From contig NC_068990.1 of NCBI RefSeq assembly GCF_001194135.2, positions 20,199,525-20,244,575 of the forward strand: 45,051 bases of DNA, written 5' to 3'. Positions 35,832-45,051 of this stretch are shown in pieces. The number at the start of each line of letters is the position of its first letter. Positions within the stretch are counted from its first letter, which is position 1. The notes beneath the pieces are model-generated. The model was not told the DNA's origin and made no database searches. It was given only the letters and a program-made list of their open reading frames with translations. The DNA is from Octopus bimaculoides (lineage: Eukaryota). The translations under genes were made by a program, and so were the position numbers.

Positions 35832-36144
35832 GAGGTGTATTGAATACTACTGGTCAAATGACCTTGTTTAAATTCCTCATTCCTCTCACTCCCTTATATT
35901 TTCTTCTTTTTCCTACTTTTAATACTTATTTCACTCTACGTTTATATTCCCCTCTCCTACTGTACTTTCTATGCATTTTTATTGAATCTTCCATGCGTTA
36001 AAATGTACCTCCTTGTGAAAATGTAAACTTTCATTTCATGAAGATATCCTCAGCCTGAAGAATTGCCTGCAGTATACATGCCACTTCTCAGGTTCCGCTC
36101 GCTATGAAAGAAATGTACTTCGGATCTTATATGCGATGTATATG

Positions 36145-36395
36145 TCTAATATATAAATCCCATTCTTTCGAATATTGTGCATCCGATCGCGCTGAAATTT
36201 TAGACATGGATACACGAGAGAGTGGGACGTTCCGTAATCTACAAAGATTTTCAAAATTGTCAGTTTCAAAGTGGCAATCGGTATTTTTGTAATCCTTATG
36301 GCCTGTCCATCGGGTGATTAAAACTTCCATAACACCGTCCAAGTTAACCCTCTTCACCTATACAAACCGTCCAATGGACGGCGGGCGTTTGCTAG
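36145..36395 (+). mobile_element. Probable non-autonomous Helitron
   Basis: Starts TCtaatatataaa; ends with hairpin ccgtcc-aat-ggacgg (36367-36381) and CTAG|T; internal ccgatcgcgctgaaattt motif as in invertebrate non-autonomous Helitrons (from memory). Confidence 0.55.
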
Positions 36396-36675
36396 TATAT
36401 ATATATATATATATATATATATACTAGCAAACGTATATATATATATACATTTCTTAAGTATCATTGTTCATGTATAGACACTATCGATGCGCCAGTAACA
36501 GCAGTATTGCTTAACAGAGATGTGTTGTGTTACAGACAAAATAAATATCAGGGCGAGACTAAAACTCTTATCAAGCAACGGCCAGCAAGAATGACAAATG
36601 CATTTCAAATGCGTGTAATTACACGGCTGCTTGAGAAATCTTCATCACTCTCTAAAGTTTCAAAACGGCAAATCC

Positions 36676-36803
36676 CTAAAGAAAATAATCTAATAATGAG
36701 ACATATAAGACCTCGAGAGAAAAAAAGTAGGTTTTCCCGTACGACTCGAACCCAAACCTCTCTGTTCACGCGAACGGGTGTCCTACCGATAACAGTAGCA
36801 AAC
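36676..36803 (-). mobile_element. tRNA-like segment plus 63 bp shared with the adjacent MITE
   Basis: Minus strand: gttatcggtaggacacccg..gaggtttgggttcgagtcgtac gggaaaacctact...ctttag; B-box GGTTCGAG; no acceptor stem. Confidence 0.6.
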
Positions 36804-36940
36804 CTACCAAGCTTTTCCTGTCAGATTTAAGAACTATAATAAGTCGTAGTTGTTTTTGTAAAGACAATTTTATGTACGTTTTCTTTTTTACTGGAAATGG
36901 TTTTGGTAAGCAGTGCCGGTATTTGCAACGCTGTAAATAA

Positions 36941-37082
36941 TAATAATAGTATTTTATAAGCTTATAGCGATCGCCGGGAAAAACCTACTTTTTTCTGTCG
37001 AGGGCTCGTATGCCCCATTATTATACTATTTTCTTTAGTCATTGGGCGGTGATCTCTATAAGGTTATAAAATACTGTTATTA
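36941..37082. mobile_element. 142-bp MITE with 36-bp TIRs
   Basis: taataatagtattttataagcttatagcgatcgccg vs reverse-complemented right end taataacagtattttataaccttatagagatcaccg, 32/36 identical. Confidence 0.8.
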
Positions 37083-37087
37083 CACAC

Positions 37088-37124
<37 letters not shown>

Positions 37125-37290
37125 AAATCTCTGAACGAGGTATTAACAGTAACTGCACGATAAAGTGAAGTATATTTGCCACTTAAATGTGGCTGACCCC
37201 GAGGGGTGGATGTTACTGTTGCTTTTAGCCCCAGGAGGACATCTCCTCCAGCTGGCTATCGACACACTTCTGTGTCCTGTCTGTATTTGC

Positions 37291-37344
<54 letters not shown>

Positions 37345-37449
37345 GGACTGTTATTCTGGATGACAATTTAATGTTTGCGCTGTACATTAGCTGACTCCGT
37401 CCATCAAATTAACATTTCTTTCACATGCGTATGATGTACCACACGTCTG

Positions 37450-37580
37450 CTCCAAAAGTGATCGCTCAGCAATGGGAAATGAAGTGTTTTCGTCAAGAAC
37501 ACAACCCATCACCAGATCCGAGAATCGAAACCACGATCTTCCAGGCGATCTCGTAACTATTACACCACAGGCCTTCACAA
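37450..37580 (-). mobile_element. SINE type C fragment
   Basis: gaaatgaagtgttttcgtcaagaacacaac..gagaatcgaaaccacgatctt. Confidence 0.7.
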
Positions 37581-38310
37581 ATTCCATATATGTTCGCGCG
37601 TGCATTCCACCGTATGTTTTTGTGTATGCATGGGTAGGTGTGTGTGTGTGTGTGTGTGAGTGTGTGTGAGTGTGTGTGTGTGTGTGTGTGTGTCTGTGTG
37701 TGTGTGTGTATGAGTCTGCATGTGTGTGAAATTTTGTATGTTTGTTGGTATGGATGTAAGTACGTTTTGGACAATAACTCTTGAAAACAAAACTTGCATA
37801 TATCAGCATTCAAAAACAGGAAAACCTTGTACAATCAAATTAAAATATATTGAACTCATAATTCCGATGTTATATTCAGATGTTATATAACAGATGTTAT
37901 ATTCGCGGAGAACTGAATTTACAGTTATGTCTGTAAGAAGTCCGCCTAGAATATTCTCCGGTTTTATGGTTACATTAAAGTTTCAATAATTACAACCTCA
38001 AGAAATATCTATAAACAACTGGAGCAGCGTTAGTATAGTAAGGTGATATTTATGAGTCATAGGAAAAGTTTTTATGCTTTGATCAGCAGTGCACAAGGAA
38101 TAATACTAAAATGTGTGGAGAATAAATACGTTATTTTATAAATCAGCTTTTCATCTGGGATCAAAGAGACCTCCCATCGAGTTTGGGAAGAACCGATCTC
38201 TCCTGAGATTCAGAGCAGTATTGATGCTACCTGAGAATTTAAAGGATCTTATACATTATTTAGATTATTTACAGCGGACGGATATGTGTCCTCATCTTGT
38301 TTGTTGTTGC

Positions 38311-38353
38311 CACAATATTTTCGGCTGATTTACTCTCCAGCTTTCATCAGGTG
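38311..38353 (-). ncRNA. Degenerate minimal hammerhead motif
   Basis: Minus strand: cac CTGATGA aa gctg-gagagtaaat-cagc c GAAA ata tt gtg. Confidence 0.5.
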
Positions 38354-38410
38354 TCCTGGTAAAATTTTGAACCCAGCCGTGGGTTCTCATTCCTAAGGTA
38401 TTTTTGCTGA

Positions 38411-38447
<37 letters not shown>

Positions 38448-39446
38448 TATTCAAGGCACCACATGGAATTGAATTCAGAATCTCATAGCCTAAATTTTAA
38501 AGATGTTTATGAAAAATATTTAATTAAACTATCAAAAGAGAACGTGAGAGAAATACACTAATATATATATATATATATATATTATACACACACATAAACT
38601 CACACACACACACACACATACACACACAGACATACACGTATATATATAGTCATGCATAGAAACATTTTGACGCACACATGCACACACATTTCTCCCATAT
38701 TTCAGTATAAAGTAGTCAGATCGAAAATGATCGTTGTCAATGTAGTTGGTTAGCCTCTTTTCCACAATGAACATGTATATGAAAGATTCAGATACTTGAA
38801 GCCAAGGGAAACTGGTCGTCTATGGAATGATGTAAAGTACATATCTACCAACTTCATTCCCTGCAGCCACTAATATATCCACGACTCGCTTAAAACCTGC
38901 ATCAATATTTCCCTACGAGGGACGTCGCTGCTATCTGATTTCATTGAAAAACTACACGGGCAGTTGGCTCGCATCACTTACCCAATATATATTTTTCTCT
39001 GTCTTACAGATTTTGCACCTTTTGTCTTGGCATTTTCACAATCACACAGTTGATTTACTTCTCAGAACTAACTGATGTTGAACTGCTTCGGCTCAGTTGA
39101 TTCCTGTTTCATTTATCTCACGCCATCTCGATTCATGTACCCTCGACCAACTCTCAACCTCCACAAAAAAGATACTAAATCTAACCTTCCGAAGTTCACT
39201 CTGTTGGCATTTTTCTCCCGCAGCAGTTGACTTGTAAGTCTCCATTAGAAAACTATTTTGCAGGCCTTCTGGCCAAACCAATAAAGTTGGTTGAAGATAT
39301 ATAGACGTCTATACACACACATACACGCACAACACTTACATTCACATACACATACCCAAATATAAATATATCTATATGTATATTTGTATGTATATCTATA
39401 TACATATGTTTGTGTTTGGAGAGAGAGAGAGTGAGATCGATACCCG

Positions 39447-39477
<31 letters not shown>

Positions 39478-40384
39478 GCATATATTTTGCATTGTTATTT
39501 TGACTGTGTATATGTTATTTGATTTTCTTTCTGTTTGTTTGTGCCATATCATTTATTTTTTATTCAAGAATCCGGTTGAAATAATAGCAAGTTGGTTCAA
39601 TTAAATCAAGTCAAAAATTTAACATCCAATTTGGACCGAAGCCAATATAAAAAGAATCGATAGCACGAACTAGTCAGTTCTCTGTTGTTTGATGTCAAAG
39701 ACAGATGAACAATGTCAGCTGTGCTACTGCTCTTCTTATTTGTATTTTTCAAATGTTTGATTTTTTGTTTTTCATGCTGTTATCGTTTGATTGTTATTTT
39801 ACTTTCCGATTTTTTTTTTCAGTATTGTTTCCAATGAAATATTTTCTGTTCAATATTTTAAACAGTGAAAAACAAAACATTATTTTATAGAATATTCAGT
39901 GCGAGGACGTGATTTCTTTTAGCAGTAAAAAATATTATGTATATAAAATTACAGAAATATATTTTAAAAAAAAAGGAACCACAGAAAAGAAAATGACATA
40001 TCTGAGACATTATACGAAGTGTAACCGCATAGTTTTTGTCTAAAGAGAAAACAACACATATGTATATACATAAATCATGTAGAAATGTAAAAATGTGAAT
40101 AGGTCTTAGTGGGTTTCGACCATGATATTTCTTGGCTTCTCAATCAACTTAACTTCCAGCTTAGTGAAAGACGGTAAGCATGTATGTGTATTCCACAAGC
40201 AGCTGTCCTTATCGTAAATCTGAGGGATATTGGAGATGATGTGTTGTATAACAATGATTGCCATTTTATTTTCAGAGCAAGTTCTTACGTCACACTTTAC
40301 ACAGTTTCGATACCCCACTTGATTAAACATGTATGAAGCTATACAATGCTATGTTACAGATCACTTCTTCCTCGATGCCTGCGT

Positions 40385-40460
40385 AATGCGCGGACAGGAA
40401 ATCGAACCCACGGTCATTCGATCGTGAGTGAAACACCCTGACAACTATGCCACGCAGTTT
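40385..40460 (-). mobile_element. SINE type C head fragment
   Basis: ggaaatcgaacccacggtcattcgatcgtgagtgaaacaccctgacaactatgccacgc. Confidence 0.6.
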
Positions 40461-40859
40461 CATGTGTCGAAAATAAAAATTTAGATTTGTCAAATGTGAG
40501 GCATGTTATCAGGAAAAAGGATTTAACATAATAAATAAACAAAATAAACATGTAGAACTTCAACGTTTAAAAATATAGTAATGCAAAGAATGTTGCTATA
40601 GAAACCATTGAGTATCAAACGATGCACATAAATAGGAAAATCCTTATTTCTGACCGCTCGGGGCAGTGTTTCTGGGGAGCGGACAAAATTCGTCAATTCG
40701 ATAGAGAGTAATGTCTATGTACAGAAATAATGAGTAAACACACACAGAGACACATACGCAAGCACACACGCACAACATTGAACGCACGAACATTTATACA
40801 TACGTATATGTGTATATGTATATGATACATATAAGGAATAAATGTTTATATATTGTATA

Positions 40860-40909
40860 CTCCCATGTATATATATATATATCAGACACATATTTTTACA
40901 TTAGTTATG

Positions 40910-40971
<62 letters not shown>

Positions 40972-41016
40972 CAAAACATATATAAATATATATATTATAT
41001 TACATTTATACATATA

Positions 41017-41048
<32 letters not shown>

Positions 41049-41097
41049 CAAAACATATAAATATATATCTTATATTACATTTATACATATATATATG

Positions 41098-41155
<58 letters not shown>

Positions 41156-41200
41156 CATATGTATATATTCATATTTACTTGCATACGCATACACACACAC
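40860..41200. repeat. (TA)n/(TG)n/(CA)n low-complexity tract
   Basis: Directly visible. Confidence 0.95.
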
Positions 41201-41587
41201 ACTCACCTGTAATTACGTGCCCACGTACATATATGGATATAAACACGTTAACAATATCTTTACAAGTGCGAACCGAAAGAGTGATGAGAACCACCCACAG
41301 ATCTCAAGTCGTATATCGTATAACTAACAGGAAATCACTCTGACGTTTGCACAAAAGCAGCTGTGGACAACTTAAACTATTAAATTAGTATTTATGAATG
41401 CTTTACTAGTTAATTTACTGTGCCTACTGGAGTCTAAAAACAATTGTTACTATTCAAACACGCGGCACAGCTACCCCAACTCTGATTATTTTGCATCATT
41501 CACAAGTAAAAGACTGGATTAATATTACGTTTGTGATGAAGGAATTTTCAACTAACTTAAAGCATTTTGAGTTCTGTCATATTCGAT

Positions 41588-41684
41588 AAAATAAATACCA
41601 GATGAAGTCCTGGGGTCCATGTCATCGACTTACCCCCTGCCCGAAATTGTTGGTATTGTACCAATATGTAAAAATGAATATTAA
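41588..41684 (+). mobile_element. SINE-A 3' half, tail II
   Basis: ataaataccag..ctggggtccatgtcatcgacttaccccctgcccgaaattgttggtattgtacc. Confidence 0.65.
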
Positions 41685-41865
41685 GGAAATTCGGGCAAGG
41701 AGGTAAATCAATAACTTCTACCCCAGTGCTCCGGTGGTTCATAGTTTTTTCAAAGATGAAGAATAAATGGCAAAGTCGACCGCAGCAAAATTTGGATTCA
41801 GAACGGGTGGAATGCAAATAAGCAGCGTGCCCGGCTTGCTAACGATTCTGGCAGCTCGTCGCTTC
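41685..41865 (-). mobile_element. SINE-A, diverged, tail-to-tail with the previous copy
   Basis: ggcaaagtcgacc..tttggattcagaacg..gctaacgattctggcagctcgtcgc. Confidence 0.7.
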
Positions 41866-41920
41866 CATCATTATAGATATTGAAGGGAATTTATACTTCC
41901 ACTATAAACTCTGTATTTGG

Positions 41921-42085
41921 AATGACCAATGTCAAAGACTGTTGGATTTTACTCATAGGGTATTGGAACCTTAATAATGGATTTACAAATGCAATGACCA
42001 ATCTTAAAGACTGTTGGATTTTACTCACAATGTATTGGAATCTTATATGTATACCATTCTGCCTAAACAATGGATTTACAAATAC
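41921..42085. repeat. 72-bp tandem duplication; second copy has a 21-bp insert
   Basis: aatgaccaat..aaagactgttggattttactca..gtattggaa.ctta..aatggatttacaaat at 41921 and 41993. Confidence 0.9.
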
Positions 42086-42610
42086 GATATCCCTGCATTC
42101 ACTCTCTATTTCCTATCTTATCTAAATTAACTATTACTTAACCATCGTCTCACTTTTGTGTTTTATGAAGGGATAAGACCTATTTATAAATGTTCTATAA
42201 TGCACACATCCTTGGTTCCCCCCCCCCATTACGTTTCCCCCGCCTTGTTGATTATCTGCCTCCATCCATGAGGATTTGTTTGTGAGTAATATCGGCAGTT
42301 GCGAAAAGAAATATAGAAACGGGAATGTTAGAAATTTAACATATCGCAGGATGGTGCGTGACTTTATGGTCACCCTTTATATGCATATACATTACAGTAA
42401 TATCGGCGCCAAGCAATGTTTAGGCATAATCGAAGTTTCGGTTAGTGAAGATATTTCAATTTTTAAACGTAAACTCACTGCAGTTATTGTTCAGAAATAT
42501 TCTCTCTTACAGTACAACGTAAGAGAAAAAAAATATTCTCTACTGTAACTGCAGGGAACAGAACTTTAGAAGTTTAAATATGTCTCAAACATATCTTAAA
42601 TACCCTAAAG

Positions 42611-42663
<53 letters not shown>

Positions 42664-42709
42664 ACGTACACACATGCGTATATGTGTATATATATATATA
42701 TATAATTTC

Positions 42710-43510
42710 ATTCTTTTATTCTTATATAAGTTGCAGCCCAAAGGCTGCGGCAACGCTGGAGCTCTGTCTGTGTAGTTTCCATTTCAGTAGCCATTCTAAT
42801 GCGATTAGATTTTGGCGAAGGAGGGTACCAGTATAAAACTTTCAGTTTCTTGACGTGATATAGTTTCATCTCATCTGGGACCTTGGATAGCAGGAGATCA
42901 AATTGTTTCTAGAAAACATCTACCCTTTCGCCATGAGGATCCCTCAGATGTTTTGGTAAAGCATAGCTGTGGGCCCTTGAATCTCAAACTACTGCAGCAA
43001 ATGGTCCTAACTCTAGAAGAGATAGCCGGGACCTTCAGAATAGAGCAGTAACGTCCAGTTCAGGGGTTACTATAGGTCTCGACGCCAAAATTTGGTGTCA
43101 AACTTTTCAGAATTTTCCATATGTTCCTGCATATCTCACCCATCTTTGCCCCAGCGAATAGAATCGTTGCTTTTTCAGTCTCTCCTATTTGCTCAACCGT
43201 TCCATTGATGAGAGCTTCCTTGTGCTGCACCGCTGAAGGTTCTCGAGTTTTGCTATGACGTGACCTCAGTTGAGAACAGTAGTCTAGACGGCTCAGTACG
43301 AATGTCCTCCATAGAACCAGCATACTTTCCCCTTTCCTAGTCTCTTGTTCTGAAGGTTCTCAGAATCGATCTGGTCATTCGCTTGCATATTGACACCATC
43401 TTGGGGATATGTACGTGAAACAAGGCATCGTTACTCATATCAATCAACGGTTCACGCAGTGCACCTAACTCTGAGGTTGCCGCTTCTTCTAGTGCAAAAT
43501 GTCGTTGTTG
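42710..43510 (-). mobile_element. CR1-group (CR1/L2/Crack-like) LINE 3' fragment including its 3' terminus
   Basis: IDMSNDALFHVHIPKMVSICKRMTRSILRTFRTRD, MLVLWRTFVLSRLDYCSQL, IWKILKSLTPNFG, SSLRFKGPQL, FDLLLSKVPDE, then stem-loop and (AAGAATAA)-like tail. Confidence 0.88.
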
Positions 43511-44872
43511 CGGCATTGAAACACTAACACTAGCGCAGATATATANNNNNNNNNNNNNNNNNNNNNNNNNNNNNNNNNNNNNNNNNNNNTATATATATAT
43601 ATATATGCATTATATGTCTTGTGTATATATATGCGTGCCTGTGTGTAAATATTAGAATACAAATTGATACTTAATCATGTTCATCAACCGTCGAAATGTT
43701 TCTATCGCCATATATACCAGATGCCGAGGAGGTCTTTGGCGTTTGTCCATTCTACTAAATGATATTCTCCAGCTAGCGAACAACATATTTTTCCGTCCAG
43801 TGTTTCCCAAATTATTTTTCTTCTTTCTTTGTTTTTCTTTTTTTTTTTTTCGTTTTCGCTCGCCCCATTTGGGTGCAAATAAAATATACTTTGGCACTAC
43901 AACAGCAAATATATGGAAAAAGGTCATTTATATATGTTAACCTATGAATATAGACAACGTCATCTATATAAATTATTAAGTACATATTTCCTTATTCCAT
44001 AATCGATAGCAATCTAATAAGTCGAATTTTTGTTGCTATTTTTCACATTTGTACAAATAATTCTATTATTTAAGTTGCGTACTTGTCTATATTTTTTCGG
44101 TACACAAGTGCGCCGAAATTCAGCTTATGGGAACCACTGTGTCTCTTAAGCAGACTGAATATCCGCTAAAATATTATTTTCTACCATTATATGTGATGCT
44201 GTTTGCCGAGACAGGTTTGAGATCGATTCCATCCTTTAGATAACTAATCATTCCTCAATTTATTTACTTCCATAGATACAAGTCTCCTAATTTTCACTTT
44301 AGATATTCATAAAAATGATATTGTTGACTTTTTTCCGCATAAGAACAGAAATAATACAACGTAAAAATTGTCTTTTTAAAAACTTGTTTCAGAAACATTC
44401 ATGTCGCCAGCACTTCCTTATTACCCACACGAAAGGTTTTTTTGTTTATTTCATTACTAAATGGATCTTCAGTGTTTTACACACGATATAGAATATAATT
44501 TCTATAAAATACTACACACACAGACGACGCTAAATACTACACACACATAAATACTCTCATATACACACACGTACAAACAGATATATTGTATATTCATACA
44601 AACAGATATATGTACGTATGTATGTACTATGTATATATGTATATTCTCCTTCTCATTTTAATTTAGAGAAACATTTTGACTGGCCGCCTATTTCGAAGGA
44701 AGGTTGTGAAGGAAACTATTTTATCTAAACTGGAACGCAAGATCTCCACGTTTATTTTCGAATTATTTGCTTTTCTATAATATTATTTGCTTTTATTCAC
44801 TGCCTAACTTGATGGACACATAACAGCATGCCGGCCGACACTACAAGTCTCTAGTGAAACTTCTTTATCATT

Positions 44873-44917
44873 GTACCTGAAGAGACTCAGAATGATGGGT
44901 CGAAATATATGTTATAC
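44873..44917 (+). ncRNA. Minimal hammerhead motif, slightly decayed
   Basis: gtac CTGAAGA gactc-agaatgat-gggtc GAAA t-atat-g tt atac: 5-bp stem II closed by G-C, palindromic ATAT loop, one mismatch at the base of stem I. Confidence 0.6.
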
Positions 44918-45051
44918 TTTATAAAAGTCTAATACGAAATCCATCACCTACTATTGATTAATATTATATATATATATATATTGTTGTACTTGGGGATGGT
45001 CATATTGCCAGTTTAGCCAATAAATCTTGCAAAACAAATATATATATATAT

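Noticed and set aside
38970-39650. Three mariner-TIR-like ends (..ccaata) near 38987, 39282 and 39647
   Set aside because: All in one orientation, with no partner TIR or transposase motif found.

Overview
Repeat-dense, AT-rich eukaryotic DNA from a gapped scaffold (N gaps at 1625-1843, 10889-11391, 15585-16439, 24560-24818, 25322-25767, 26845-26854, 31302-31341, 43546-43589). The SINE families and microsatellite load look octopod-cephalopod-like (recognised from memory, not verified). No host gene could be identified with confidence. Most listed ORFs are microsatellite, N-gap or antisense-to-transposon artefacts. The window holds about 30 tRNA-derived SINE units of at least four modular types (labelled A-D here), remnants of R4/Dong-like, RTE and CR1-group LINEs, a Penelope-like GIY-YIG fragment, a full-length dead mariner, a maT/DD37D-like Tc1 fragment, two MITEs and a probable non-autonomous Helitron. 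The best leads are: (1) five loci with minimal type I hammerhead ribozyme motifs, one with an intact catalytic core at 12677-12724; (2) SINE-A dimers with a fixed junction, two of three flanked by one TSD each; (3) a CR1-group LINE 3' stem-loop shared with SINE-B with a compensatory base pair; (4) a 238-codon stop-free frame antisense to a decayed RTE; (5) an orphan coding-like frame at 4735-5055. None is demonstrated to be a new biological system; all need the stated checks.
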